DNA from: an uncultured virus (IMG/VR IMGVR_UViG_3300034106_003629)
Taxonomy: Duplodnaviria; Heunggongvirae; Uroviricota; Caudoviricetes
DNA length: 64,000 nt
IMG/VR virus record: IMGVR_UViG_3300034106_003629
Direction: 5' to 3' (one strand)
Made by a program: the position numbers and the translations under genes. This document shows, one piece after another, positions 28,201-37,983 of this stretch (position 1 is its first letter; each line of letters begins with the position of its first letter). The notes below the pieces were generated by a model, which saw only the letters and a list, made by a program, of their open reading frames with translations, was not told the origin of the DNA and ran no database searches.

Positions 28201-29232
28201 TTCTGTAGCACTACTTAATCCAAATAGAGATCCTCCACGGAATCTTGGTGGATAGAAGTCCCATCCACCATCCGCCTTATAGTGCATCCTGATTTGGACA
28301 CGAGGCGTACCTTCAAGACTAATTTTACCAACACCATTAATTTTTGGTGTTGAATAATCTTTTGCAGTTCCGAGCAGTCTTGGTTGTTTGTTACCAACCG
28401 ATCCTTCATAATTTGCGAATATAAATTTCTCTTCTGCACTACCAGCAAATCTAGATCTACCATAGACTTTGGTGGTAGTATTCTCTGTAATAAGGCCCCA
28501 ATCCTCAATATTGGAGTAATCCCATACAGGAATATCCTGAAGATCTGTAATTAAACCATAATCTTCACTTCTAAGAACTGGCTCTGTAAGGAATCCCCAA
28601 TCATCAGAACCAAAGTCTATATCATCACTTTGATCGTATTGGTAAGTTCTCTTCTCCTCTGCCTCACCAATAAAGTTAAATACTCTATCTTGTGGATTAA
28701 ATATAACTTGCTCTACACCTTCTCCAGATATTTTTAAATGGAGGGTAGATGCTGGTGGTGTTGCGGATACAACATCTATTCCCTCCGATTCAACTGTAGA
28801 TAGATTTCCTCTACCCAACCAGGAAGAGGAAATCTTATTATATGCTTCCCCCTGGAAGTCAAAGACCCTATTAATTGGACTGAAGAATACTGTTGTTATT
28901 GCTCTTCCATACAATGCAAATTCAACACCGCCAACACTTATCCTTGTGGTGCTATCATTTGCTGCTAAGTGAATACCAAATTTACCCATTGGTACTCTTG
29001 CAGTATCCAATGTAATAGTTCCAAAGTCTTGAATTTGATAGTATTGTTCAATAGTAGCAGTAATTTCTCCGTAATCTTCTGCTTCTATTACAGCATCAAC
29101 AATACTACCATAATCAAGTTCTTCATAATTAACAATAGAAAATTGGCTATACGAGTACACCGCCCTCTGGGAACTCAGTTTATTCCCTAAAGAGCGCAGG
29201 CTTCCTATTCCCTCGTATTGGAATAATGCCAT
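25267..29232 (-). CDS. 1321-aa repetitive putative virion protein
   Basis: ~40-aa repeats E.G(S/T)GSLF.F...TE and acidic EDYG clusters. Confidence 0.75.
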   Translation of the reverse strand: MALFQYEGIGSLRSLGNKLSSQRAVYSYSQFSIVNYEELDYGSIVDAVIEAEDYGEITATIEQYYQIQDFGTITLDTARVPMGKFGIHLAANDSTTRISVGGVEFALYGRAITTVFFSPINRVFDFQGEAYNKISSSWLGRGNLSTVESEGIDVVSATPPASTLHLKISGEGVEQVIFNPQDRVFNFIGEAEEKRTYQYDQSDDIDFGSDDWGFLTEPVLRSEDYGLITDLQDIPVWDYSNIEDWGLITENTTTKVYGRSRFAGSAEEKFIFANYEGSVGNKQPRLLGTAKDYSTPKINGVGKISLEGTPRVQIRMHYKADGGWDFYPPRFRGGSLFGLSSATETSIVSESATAKLFSINSTTTFKAGRSEVGVSENDILVRGGAVYTVIFNQVDRVFTFRNVEINRRAYAYNESSIVNVEGIDYGYITDTVTLSEDYGFIGNQDLEFPWEVEDFGILDPRETRTPFGLARFYSFTSTPRSRTFIGNLEETHLLLRGSAKIYVLPKFTSKGDLINITSSTTDSRTNSEVGTGSLFGFDASTETTLVQPPIDYSQQRIFSFAGELVEKFGKGNYDASGTLFGYSSTTETRLVRDGFGELFNITGKLEEKSTFVEVGSGTLFGFDGAGESITFSYNEDSGFGACDGDDYGFISDISYDLIDYGAIGEYYQYNHEDYGNLYPDDCLEPQGKFKFHNGVDESRTNVYVGSGRIFGFTGAAESIGVESESVGIFRFAGNAAESTTPATEIGTGSLFSYVSFTETTAFTPGKVDPLFNISGGLVLSGINEQVSDLKFTAAWNGSGSLFKFSETDPSRTRIFIAEGTINISGRGFESTTPTTEIGSGSLFSYVSFTETKAVSESSKKVLFNFSGSATNIKARFAWQTTNESQLRILGNASVYVLPKHLGSGEIFIRSSGVRISPESFTPWIPAGSGSLFGYVGAAEAVGSNPPDNFTLFNVVGGVDTPLLTFSEEKFVQARFYGDNGNLVRFSLSGNPVGLQPVEIHGNATESLTKGNYTGSGSLFGFSSATESRVVNPPDKTTLFTFTGNAKEKDVNSEVGRGSLFTYVSFTETKVVSETFTTLFKFSGKLSERVSPAPHVGTGSLFGFSSTTESRVVNPPDETLLFKITGKLQERETNSEVGSGTPGLDINGSLVERSTFAHLGSGGLFGFSSTTESRVVIPPNLQNLFTVRGTGKDSITVPQTGSGSIFGFVGASESKSNTEVKYTLFTVTGTPIVRFIGSNVGVGQIRVGLSNPGIPGDISRGITVFRLRTFPQGPVVKFSGTKAESFTPAPHIAEGLIDILPANTKSRYVEFERPQPTRIVVI

Positions 29233-29348
29233 ACTCTTACTTTTATTTTATTTATTGTGAAGACTGTATAACAATTCTTATCTCTTAAAAAAATAGGAGG
29301 GATCGCCAAAAGCAACCCCCCCATAATAAAGTATAGACCTTGAATAAA

Positions 29349-30734
29349 TCAGTCGAGGCTGACGTTCAGAGTAACTTTGATTTGGTCACCATTGTTCTGA
29401 ATGTTGTAAGGACCATTTGTAAATCTCTCAGCAAAGAAGATGCTGCTGTAGAGAGTTGCACTTCCAATACCAGTCAGAGCAGGTACAGTGCTGAATGTGC
29501 TTGTGCTTGGTACTTGGTGAATGGTATAGGTTCCAGAAGTTGTGGTGGTGTTAGCAGCACCAGCAGCAATGTAAACAATATCACCTTCTACCAATCCATG
29601 GGTAGTTCCAGCAGTGCTAACTTGAGCATAGTTGAAGTATACTGTGTTACCAGTTGCAGACTGAATGTTGTTTAACAGAGTGCTGCTTAGATATACAATT
29701 CCAGTTCTCTCATCAATACCAGTAATAGTTGTACCTGCAGGGATAGCAGCAGTCTCACCAGCAAGGTTGCCGTGAGTAACACCCATACCTACACAGATAT
29801 TTTCTGTGATTTCTTGGAAGAATGTAGCAACACCAGATACTGCACCAGTATTCTTTCTATCAAGAACGATTGTGGTGGTATTCATAATACCAACAACTCT
29901 TGCTCCATCAGCAATGTTAGTACCAATTACTCTTTGTCTGGTATTAATGCCGACATTGCTAGATACAGTTAGAGTAAATTCCGAACCAACACCAGATACA
30001 GTTGGAGTGTAGCTAAATGGGAACAAAGTTACATAAGTCTGTCCAATAGTACCACTAGTCTGAGACTTAGCAATAGTAGTTGCAGTACTAACATTAACTG
30101 CATGAAGAACACCATTCAGGGAGATTGGAAGATTGTTCGATCTTACCAAGTAGTATCCGTAAATATTGTTAGCAGCAGAAGTGAATGTAAATGTCTGCTC
30201 AGGATATGATGCAGTGGTTGTACCAACACCAAATGTTAATGATTGGTTAGAGAAGGTAGAGGCGTTCTTAACAGTAAGAACAAGAGTGTTGCCATCAATA
30301 GCAGCAACAACTGCATTGGTTCCAACTCCACCACCACTTACATAATGACCAACCGCAATATTGGAAACAGATGCTACGGTAATTGTATATTCGTTAATAT
30401 TACCACTTCCAGTTGTAGTGGCAATTGCAGATAGAATGGTTCTTACATTCCACTGACTTCCATTTAAAAGAATTCCATACTGTCTGGTATAATCTTCGTC
30501 ATTTCTTGCGTTGATAACTGGAGGATATCCAGTTGAAGGTGCAGTACCATATCCTACCAGTCCAGTAGAATCATATGGTTCAAAATACTTGGTTTGTGAT
30601 GGAACGTCAGTCTCAACTGGAACTGTATTTGAAGTGTACAGTTTAAGAATTAAGTTCCTTGGAATATTGCGATTTGAATTAACAAGGTATCTTAGCGACT
30701 GAAGTTCACCTGCGTCGGATACTAATAAAGCCAT
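29349..30734 (-). CDS. Putative virion structural protein
   Basis: LILKLY, ASYPEQTFTF, IYGYY, AERF..GPYNIQNNGDQIKVT; late promoter upstream. Confidence 0.7.
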   Translation of the reverse strand: MALLVSDAGELQSLRYLVNSNRNIPRNLILKLYTSNTVPVETDVPSQTKYFEPYDSTGLVGYGTAPSTGYPPVINARNDEDYTRQYGILLNGSQWNVRTILSAIATTTGSGNINEYTITVASVSNIAVGHYVSGGGVGTNAVVAAIDGNTLVLTVKNASTFSNQSLTFGVGTTTASYPEQTFTFTSAANNIYGYYLVRSNNLPISLNGVLHAVNVSTATTIAKSQTSGTIGQTYVTLFPFSYTPTVSGVGSEFTLTVSSNVGINTRQRVIGTNIADGARVVGIMNTTTIVLDRKNTGAVSGVATFFQEITENICVGMGVTHGNLAGETAAIPAGTTITGIDERTGIVYLSSTLLNNIQSATGNTVYFNYAQVSTAGTTHGLVEGDIVYIAAGAANTTTTSGTYTIHQVPSTSTFSTVPALTGIGSATLYSSIFFAERFTNGPYNIQNNGDQIKVTLNVSLD

Positions 30735-30775
30735 GTGAGCGGACTCCGTTTAATTGACATTTGCTTCCTATCAGT

Positions 30776-30783
30776 TATTTATA
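30776..30783 (-). promoter_or_regulatory. T4-type late promoter
   Basis: TATAAATA. Confidence 0.75.
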
Positions 30784-30802
30784 CAAAAGTATACTTTTTA
30801 TT

Positions 30803-31567
30803 TTAGATGTTTAACCTTAAAAATAAAGAGCATTTTGTAATTCCTGTACATGAAATAACTCTAAAATCAAGTATATCTCCAGCAACAACATCAGTTGCCC
30901 ATGTTGAAAGAGATTCATCTCTATTTTTTGATTGATTAATCAACCTAGGATATTCACTTCCAACAATTGAGGTTAAATTGTCTGGATATGTATTGTATTG
31001 GTCTTTTCTAATGTCTATAACAATAGACCCTGTTTCTTCAGATACTATTGTCCACGACTCAATTCTTCCAGATACATCCAATCCAAGAGATCCTTTTACT
31101 CCTGGAGTAATATCAAATGATCCATTATCCAAAACAAAATTAATTGTCCTAGTAAGATCAGCAACTGTTCTAAGAGCAACTCCCCAAAATTCATTAGACC
31201 CACCAACATTTGCTGCTGGAGGATTGGTAAAAATTATGGTGCTTCCAGAAACATTATAGTCTATTCCTGGACTTAGAATAGTATCATTTAAAGATATAAT
31301 TAATTGTTGAGCATTAATTGGGGTATATGATTCACCATTTACAGTTAAATTAAATGTATTTCTTGACCCATTAAATTCTGATGATATATCATCTAGAATA
31401 AGATTTGTATACTGAACACTTTTTGAAGGTATCTCAAAATTAACCCCAATCCTGTAATCGGGACTTCCAATACTCGCATCTTGTCCATTATCTAGAGTAA
31501 TTATATAATCTTCTCTAGCAATACTTATTCCTTGGTCTTCATCTAAAGTAATTGTATAATCAGACAT
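30803..31567 (-). CDS. Putative virion structural protein
   Basis: LDDIS..FNG..F.L...Q LIISLN...PG.DY.VSGSTIIF..PP domain. Confidence 0.7.
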   Translation of the reverse strand: MSDYTITLDEDQGISIAREDYIITLDNGQDASIGSPDYRIGVNFEIPSKSVQYTNLILDDISSEFNGSRNTFNLTVNGESYTPINAQQLIISLNDTILSPGIDYNVSGSTIIFTNPPAANVGGSNEFWGVALRTVADLTRTINFVLDNGSFDITPGVKGSLGLDVSGRIESWTIVSEETGSIVIDIRKDQYNTYPDNLTSIVGSEYPRLINQSKNRDESLSTWATDVVAGDILDFRVISCTGITKCSLFLRLNI

Positions 31568-31902
31568 TAGAAACTAACTCCTGGATGAACTAATACCATA
31601 CCAGCAATTACTTTTGTTTTTGTTCCATTAGAAGATTCAATAAACACATCATATACGTACCTACCTTCTGGAATAGTTGCAGTTATTGCATCTGACATAC
31701 CAATGGAAATCTTACCCTGTACTCTATCAACAAAGGTAATACTAAAAGAGTAACTTCTAGTAGAGGTATGATGTTTTCTCATTTCACTAGAAGCAGTATA
31801 ACCCAACAAGTTAAGTGGGGTTAAATCTTTATTCCTTACTGTAAAATTTACATTAAAATCTGCCCCTTGTTCTAGAGTAAGGTTCAAAGGTACTGCTGCC
31901 AT
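31567..31902 (-). CDS. Putative virion protein
   Basis: NLTLEQGADF...GRYVYDV...G.VLV.PGV. Confidence 0.7.
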   Translation of the reverse strand: MAAVPLNLTLEQGADFNVNFTVRNKDLTPLNLLGYTASSEMRKHHTSTRSYSFSITFVDRVQGKISIGMSDAITATIPEGRYVYDVFIESSNGTKTKVIAGMVLVHPGVSF

Positions 31903-31930
31903 TTATATTACCTTTAGGGTCTCAATATAT

Positions 31931-32095
31931 TTATCTAGCATACTCATCAAGTTTATCTAATACCTTATTTAAATAATGATGAGCTAACCACTTTGGGTCG
32001 TATCCAGATTTATTCATCCATTCCTTATCTAACTCTAATTTTAATTTAAGAATCTCACATTTTATAATGTCTTTAGTTACGTTTCCTCTAGGCAT
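31931..32095 (-). CDS. Small hypothetical protein (MPRG...)
   Basis: GGAG SD; ORF. Confidence 0.65.
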   Translation of the reverse strand: MPRGNVTKDIIKCEILKLKLELDKEWMNKSGYDPKWLAHHYLNKVLDKLDEYAR

Positions 32096-32291
32096 AAGCG
32101 TTATTAACTCCCCAATATGCAAATAGTAAAATTAAAGAAAAAATAATAAAAAAAGAAATCCAAGTTGACTGTGTTGGCATAATCAATTCATTGCTGCTCT
32201 CTATTTTATACATTAATGTTCTTTACAACATGATTTGTGTTTTGATTTCAAAATTAATGTTATAATTATAGAATATATTTAATTATATCCG

Positions 32292-32909
32292 ATGACGCTA
32301 TTTGTTAAAGACAACATTAAAGCATTTCATGTCCATATTCCAAGGACTGGTGGGAGATTTATAACTCAAACACTCGTTCACAATAACTATGAAGTCTTGC
32401 ATTGTAGCGACGATTTACATTTATATGGAATAGAGTGTTTTCATTTACATTATCCATTATATGAATACCTAGAGGATGTTGCAGAATCCATTCAGTTTGC
32501 AGTAATAAGAAATCCAATAGATAGGTTTAAATCAGAATTTTCTAATGTTGCTATTAAAAGAGGATATGGTAAAGAAGATTTAGATCAATTAGAAGATTAT
32601 GATGGGTTTTGTTATTGGATTGAATATGAGCGTATGACTAGTCATTATGCTAAAAATTGGTTTAGACCACAACATGAATTCATTGGTCCAAACACTTTAA
32701 TATGGAGATTTGAAAATGGTCTAACAAAAAATTTTAGATCTTGGTATTATGAATTAACTAGAGATGTTCTAGAAGATAAAGAATATTCTTATTGGGGAGA
32801 CGAAGATACAGAATTAAATCCGAAAAGAAAAGAATATTCAATGACAAAAAATATTGTGAAGAATATAGAAGAATATTACAAAAAAGATTTTGAAGTATTT
32901 AGTTATTAG
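32292..32909 (+). CDS. Sulfotransferase family 2-like protein
   Basis: HVHIPRTGG, IRNPIDRFKS, FRPQ..F, Y.KDFEVFSY. Confidence 0.8.
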   Translation: MTLFVKDNIKAFHVHIPRTGGRFITQTLVHNNYEVLHCSDDLHLYGIECFHLHYPLYEYLEDVAESIQFAVIRNPIDRFKSEFSNVAIKRGYGKEDLDQLEDYDGFCYWIEYERMTSHYAKNWFRPQHEFIGPNTLIWRFENGLTKNFRSWYYELTRDVLEDKEYSYWGDEDTELNPKRKEYSMTKNIVKNIEEYYKKDFEVFSY

Positions 32910-33006
32910 TTTTTTTCTTGGGTTCTTTTTTTGATGGTCGATACAATTGGGGCCAAGTGTCTCTAACAATTTCTGCTAGTTTATAAGGGGTTTCTGAACT
33001 AATCAT
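32899..33006 (-). CDS. 35-aa peptide MISSETPYKLAEIVRDTWPQLYR...
   Basis: Manual translation; abuts gnd stop. Confidence 0.55.
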   Translation of the reverse strand: MISSETPYKLAEIVRDTWPQLYRPSKKEPKKKTNN

Positions 33007-33007
33007 T

Positions 33008-34042
33008 TTATCTAACGTGGTGTCCTCCAAACATGTAACGCATTCCATTTAGGATTTTTGCTCCGAACGATCCGAGATTGCGTGAGTTAAATCTTTCAAA
33101 TAGGGCAGTAGTAATGACAGGAGCGGGAATCCCCAGATCCACAGCGGCAGAAACAGTCCAACGACCCTCACCGCTGTCGGATACGCCTCCAGAGAACTGT
33201 TTAAGGACACCATCCCTGCGTAACACATCAGCAGTAAGGTCAAGTAACCAAGACCCAACCACGCTACCACGACGCCATAACTCAGCAACCTCAGCAACGT
33301 CAATATCATAGCAGTAACTTTCTGGATCCGCCATAGGGGCAACCTCTGCATCTCCTTCTCTGACATACTGGGCACCTGCATTAGCGTTCTTGATGATGTT
33401 AAATCCTTCTGCGTATGCTTGCATAATACCATACTCAATACCATTATGCACCATCTTTACAAAGTGTCCTGCACCAGGACCACCACAATGCAACCAACCA
33501 TGTTCTGCAGAGGTTATGTCTGAGTCAAATTGAGTCCTGGGGGCAGCGTCAATTCCTGGGGAGAGGGCATCAAAAATGCGCGAACAAGTGGCGACTGCAA
33601 TATTTCCACCCCCAACCATAAGACAGTATCCACGATCCAAACCATAAACACCACCGCTAGTGCCACAATCAATATATTGGATACCCAGTTTTGCCAGACG
33701 TTCTGCTCTCTTCCGACTGTCTTTAAAATTGCTATTGCCATGATCAATAATAATATCTCCTTCACCACAATATCGTAGTAACTCATTGATTGTCTCCTCT
33801 ACGGTTTCTGCGGGCACAACCATCTGAAAAATACCAGGTTGTGTTCCACCAGTTTTTGTTTGTTTAACTACTTGAACAAGATTTTGAATAGTAGTTGTAA
33901 CTCCATTAACAAATCCCTTTTCATAAGCTTCCTGAGCCTTTTCATAATTCCTCCTATAACCCCAAACTTCTATTCCTGCTTTCATCATACGACGGGACAT
34001 TCCTTCTCCCATTCTACCCAATCCAATTAATCCAACTTTCAT
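33008..34042 (-). CDS. gnd: 6-phosphogluconate dehydrogenase
   Basis: GLGRMG, DCGTSGG, GHFVKMVHNGIEY, DSGEGRWT, FGGH. Confidence 0.96.
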   Translation of the reverse strand: MKVGLIGLGRMGEGMSRRMMKAGIEVWGYRRNYEKAQEAYEKGFVNGVTTTIQNLVQVVKQTKTGGTQPGIFQMVVPAETVEETINELLRYCGEGDIIIDHGNSNFKDSRKRAERLAKLGIQYIDCGTSGGVYGLDRGYCLMVGGGNIAVATCSRIFDALSPGIDAAPRTQFDSDITSAEHGWLHCGGPGAGHFVKMVHNGIEYGIMQAYAEGFNIIKNANAGAQYVREGDAEVAPMADPESYCYDIDVAEVAELWRRGSVVGSWLLDLTADVLRRDGVLKQFSGGVSDSGEGRWTVSAAVDLGIPAPVITTALFERFNSRNLGSFGAKILNGMRYMFGGHHVR

Positions 34043-34051
34043 TTTTTACTC

Positions 34052-35383
34052 CTATTTTAATTTGAGTGGATAGTCCCACTTAGTAATCAGTTCTGTTTTT
34101 TGCCAAGGTCCCCAAACACCTTCATTATAAAGATATGGCATTGTCATAATCCTACATTGATCTCCAGTGCATAAAAGATCATCAACAATTCTCCAAGATT
34201 CTAATACCTCATCAGCATGAACAAAGTGCGATTGATCTTCGTTGATTGCATCATAAAAGAGTTTCACATAACCATCAATTGCTTTCTCTACAGGATAATG
34301 ATACTGAAGAATTGCGGGTTCTACCATATCATTTAGTCCAGGAGATTTAATATCAATACGCATATCCAGATGAGGATCTGGTTGCAGTCTCATTACAATT
34401 CTGTCATTACATTCATGTCCCTCAAACAATTGTTGTGGAGGTGACTTGAACTTAATCACAACTTCAACGCAATTTACAGGCATCTTCTTACCTGTCATAA
34501 AGTAAAAAGGAACACCCTTCCATCTCCAGTTATCAATATACAAATCACCCGCAACAAAAGTTGGAGTCTGTGAATCTGGATTTACTCCATCTTCACCTTT
34601 GTACCCATCATATTGACCAAGAACTACATTATCACCCAGTCTGGTTGCAGCAAGAACTTTGACTTTCTCTCTGCGAATCTCTTTAGCATCATTCCTACAA
34701 GGGGGTTCCATTGCAATTAGTGCAAGCACCTGAAGCATATGGTTTTGAAGCATATCTCTGACGGCACCAGCAGTATCATAATACTGGGCACGACCTTCGC
34801 AACCTATTGTTTCAGTTGCAAAGATTTGAACTTCTTCTACAAAGTTCCTGTTCCAAAGTGGCTCCAACAATATATTGCTAAAGCGGGTGGCAAGGATATT
34901 ATTAACAGTATCTTTACCGAGATAATGGTCAATGCGATATACTTGTTTCTCGCGTAGATATCCAGCCACCACAGATTGTAGATAATTAGCAGATTGAAGA
35001 TCGGTGCCAAAAGGTTTTTCAATAATGACTCTTGATTTTTCTGCGTCATCTAACTTACCTGCTTCTTTTAGGTTTGTAATAGCATCAGCATATCTTTCTG
35101 GTGGAACAGAAAGAAAATAAGTTGTGTCTTCATAAGATTCCAATAATTTAAGGGATTCAGAATCACTCAAATCACAAGGAACATATTCAAGTCTCTTAAT
35201 AAACTCTTGAGAATAATTTCCCAATACTTCTATCCAACTCTCTTTAGAGTGATTGGTTCTGGAAGCACCAATAATCTTCAATCCCTTTGGTAAAAGATTT
35301 TTCTTATGAAGAGAATAAAGTGCTGGTATAAGTTTCCTTTTACAAAGGTCTCCAGTTGCTCCAAATATAACTATTGATTTCAT
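34052..35383 (-). CDS. zwf: Glucose-6-phosphate dehydrogenase
   Basis: GATGDL, EKPFG, RIDHYLGK, RDMLQNH. Confidence 0.97.
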   Translation of the reverse strand: MKSIVIFGATGDLCKRKLIPALYSLHKKNLLPKGLKIIGASRTNHSKESWIEVLGNYSQEFIKRLEYVPCDLSDSESLKLLESYEDTTYFLSVPPERYADAITNLKEAGKLDDAEKSRVIIEKPFGTDLQSANYLQSVVAGYLREKQVYRIDHYLGKDTVNNILATRFSNILLEPLWNRNFVEEVQIFATETIGCEGRAQYYDTAGAVRDMLQNHMLQVLALIAMEPPCRNDAKEIRREKVKVLAATRLGDNVVLGQYDGYKGEDGVNPDSQTPTFVAGDLYIDNWRWKGVPFYFMTGKKMPVNCVEVVIKFKSPPQQLFEGHECNDRIVMRLQPDPHLDMRIDIKSPGLNDMVEPAILQYHYPVEKAIDGYVKLFYDAINEDQSHFVHADEVLESWRIVDDLLCTGDQCRIMTMPYLYNEGVWGPWQKTELITKWDYPLKLK

Positions 35384-35880
35384 ACCATCTCCATTGCTCT
35401 TGAGAGTTCAATATAATGATTAATTTCATCGACTGCAATTTCAGCAATCTTTGTATCTTCCTGATGATCCCAGAGATAGTTTAGATATGTCTCTGTGGCG
35501 TGAAACTCAATGCCTGCATTCAAGTGATAAGCAGAGACAGGAGCAATAAAATAATAACCCACCAGAATCCAATAATAGATGAGAACCAGGTGATAAGCAA
35601 TAAAACGATCATACCAACGGTCGGCACCACCACGCCTTTCCATTTCGATGAGGTGTTCGGTTTCATTGAGTGTCTGAGCAAAGTGTTCTTTCATCAAATA
35701 GTAGTGTGATAAATCTCTGAGTCCTAATGATTCTTTAAGATGCAGCACACTCACGAAAGCAAAGTATGGTGCTCTGGCAATTGTTTCCAAAACCCAGAAC
35801 CTTTGTATGGGTAGGTCACGATACAAAAAATCAATGATTGATATTGTGACTAATAGAATTGTATCGTTAAACTTTTTCAT
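35380..35880 (-). CDS. ptox: Plastoquinol terminal oxidase
   Basis: RFWVLETIARAPY, NETEHL, EFHA..TY, DEINH. Confidence 0.93.
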   Translation of the reverse strand: MKKFNDTILLVTISIIDFLYRDLPIQRFWVLETIARAPYFAFVSVLHLKESLGLRDLSHYYLMKEHFAQTLNETEHLIEMERRGGADRWYDRFIAYHLVLIYYWILVGYYFIAPVSAYHLNAGIEFHATETYLNYLWDHQEDTKIAEIAVDEINHYIELSRAMEMV

Positions 35881-36538
35881 CGTTCACACTTTTGAGAACT
35901 TCTTCCCAATCTTTTTGGAACAAATCAAGACCTTTTTCAGTCATAATGTTCTTATACATTGCCCAAAATACTACTGGAGGGATTGTAACCACATCTGCAC
36001 CATTAAGAGCAGATTGTTCTACCTGTCTTACATCACGAAGAGATGCTGCAAGAATTTGTGTAGATGTTCCTGAGTAATCAAATGCCTTACGGATATTTTT
36101 GATAAGTTCAATCCCATCAATTGAGTTATCCATCCAACGTCCAACAAATGGTGAGATGAATGTTGCTCCTGCTTTAGATGCAAGGATTGCTTGAGCGACG
36201 GAGAATACCAGGGTTACATTAACTTGAATTCCTTTATCAGTCAGAAACTTACAAGTCTTAAGTCCTTCTACGGTACAAGGAACTTTAATTGTAACTGCTG
36301 GTGCAATTGTATAAAATTTTTGTGCTTGTGAAAGCATTTCTTCTGAAGTATCTGCAACAACCTCTGCAGAAATACTTTCTAAGTTTTTAAACTCTGTTGC
36401 AATCTCTTGAATAACATTCAAAAGTTGTCTTCCACTTTTTAAAATAAGTGACGGATTTGTAGTGACTCCATCCAATAATCCAGTCTCATATGCTGGACTA
36501 ATCATTGAAACATCTGCAGTATCTAGAAAGATCTTCAT
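35867..36538 (-). CDS. talC: Transaldolase (TalC)
   Basis: FLDTAD, GVTTNPSL, IKVP, NVTLVFS, SPFVGR. Confidence 0.96.
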   Translation of the reverse strand: MKIFLDTADVSMISPAYETGLLDGVTTNPSLILKSGRQLLNVIQEIATEFKNLESISAEVVADTSEEMLSQAQKFYTIAPAVTIKVPCTVEGLKTCKFLTDKGIQVNVTLVFSVAQAILASKAGATFISPFVGRWMDNSIDGIELIKNIRKAFDYSGTSTQILAASLRDVRQVEQSALNGADVVTIPPVVFWAMYKNIMTEKGLDLFQKDWEEVLKSVNDEKV

Positions 36539-36616
36539 AAAAAAGTAAGAACTCATAAGTAATTATACGGAGTTCTTTCTAAGGTGTTAGTTTTTGTTAT
36601 GAATTAAAGACATAAT

Positions 36617-36638
36617 AAAAAAGACCCCGAAGGGTCTT
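36617..36638 (-). terminator. Terminator after psbD
   Basis: GACCC-TTCG-GGGTC-T6. Confidence 0.85.
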
Positions 36639-36644
36639 ATAAAA

Positions 36645-37706
36645 TCAAAGAGCATTTCCTCGCGGTAGAACTTCCTCTGGGAACACAAAGTTCTCATGGG
36701 GTTGATCTACTGGAGCCATCCACGCTCTAAGTCCCTCATTAAGGAGGATATTCTTCGTATAGAACGTTTCAAACTCTGGGTCCTCTGCCGCTCTAATCTC
36801 CTGAGATACAAAGTCGTATGCACGTAGATTGAGAGCAAGACCGATGATGCCAATAGAAGAAGTCCAGAGACCCATAACTGGCACAAAAAGCATAAAGAAG
36901 TGCAACCAACGCTTATTACTAAAAGCAATACCGAAGATCTGAGACCAGAATCGGTTCGCAGTAACCATAGAATACGTCTCTTCCTCTTGAGTTGGTTCAA
37001 ATGCTTTGAAAGTATTCGACTGTTCACTATCTTCATAGAGTGTGTTTTCTACAGTTGCTCCATGAATCGCACAGAGCAGTGCTCCTCCCAGTATACCAGC
37101 AACTCCCATCATATGGAAGGGGTTAAGGGTCCAGTTGTGGAAACCTTGTAGGAACAGAAGGAACCTGAAGATTGCAGCAACACCAAATGAAGGTGCAAAG
37201 AACCAACTGGATTGTCCCAGTGGATACATCAAGAATACAGAAACAAATACTGCAATAGGACCAGAGAATGCGATTGCGTTATATGGACGGATACCTACCA
37301 GACGAGCAATCTCAAACTGACGAAGCATGAATCCAATCAAACTAAAGGCGCCGTGGAGTGCCACAAAAGTCCAGAGTCCCCCAAGTTGGAACCACCTGAC
37401 GATATCCCCTTGAGCCTCAGGACCCCAAAGTAGAAGAAGAGAATGACCCATAGAATCTGCAGGCGTTGACACAGCCGCTGTAAGGAAATTAGCACCCTCA
37501 AGATAACTAGACGCCAACCCGTGGGTGTACCAGCTTGTAACAAACGTCGTGCCAGTAAGCCAACCACCAAGGGCAAGATAAGCAGTGGGAAAAAGTAATA
37601 GTCCAGACCAACCCACAAATACAAAGCGATCTCGTTTAAGCCAGTCATCCAGGACATCGAACCATCCTCTTTGTGAAATTGGTTGTGAAAGTGTTGAAGA
37701 AGTCAT
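36645..37706 (-). CDS. psbD: Photosystem II D2 protein
   Basis: Canonical D2 sequence ending [10 protein letters not shown]. Confidence 0.99.
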   Translation of the reverse strand: MTSSTLSQPISQRGWFDVLDDWLKRDRFVFVGWSGLLLFPTAYLALGGWLTGTTFVTSWYTHGLASSYLEGANFLTAAVSTPADSMGHSLLLLWGPEAQGDIVRWFQLGGLWTFVALHGAFSLIGFMLRQFEIARLVGIRPYNAIAFSGPIAVFVSVFLMYPLGQSSWFFAPSFGVAAIFRFLLFLQGFHNWTLNPFHMMGVAGILGGALLCAIHGATVENTLYEDSEQSNTFKAFEPTQEEETYSMVTANRFWSQIFGIAFSNKRWLHFFMLFVPVMGLWTSSIGIIGLALNLRAYDFVSQEIRAAEDPEFETFYTKNILLNEGLRAWMAPVDQPHENFVFPEEVLPRGNAL

Positions 37707-37726
37707 AACCTCCTATGTATTTCTCA

Positions 37727-37760
37727 TATTTATCTTAACATTCCTTAACAAAGAGGTCAA
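37727..37760 (-). promoter_or_regulatory. Composite psbD promoter (sigma70 + late) with HLR1-like repeat
   Basis: TTGACC-N17-TAAGAT overlapping ATAAATA; TTAACATT-CC-TTAACAAA on + strand. Confidence 0.65.
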
Positions 37761-37773
37761 TGAGTATTAGTGC

Positions 37774-37977
37774 TTATCCAATTACAACGAGAGAATCAAA
37801 TGAGCAATCATATGTTCCTTTACGATTGGTGTCTAAGTATCTAACTTTCATTGCAATTGGAGGAAAATATTCATCATCTTTATCATACATAAAACCTAGA
37901 ATTTCAAATTCTCTTCCGTGCCGTCTTTGAATTGGATTATTAATCCTACAAATATCACCTACTTTAAAAATAAACAT
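37774..37977 (-). CDS. Hypothetical SH3/KOW-like small protein
   Basis: FKVGDICRI start. Confidence 0.55.
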   Translation of the reverse strand: MFIFKVGDICRINNPIQRRHGREFEILGFMYDKDDEYFPPIAMKVRYLDTNRKGTYDCSFDSLVVIG

Positions 37978-37983
37978 AAATTT

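Noticed and set aside
18122..29232. Diversity-generating retroelement (Mtd-like domain, paralogous fibres, DNA repeats)
   Set aside because: No reverse transcriptase in the window; repeat differences are not adenine-specific and sit within protein repeats
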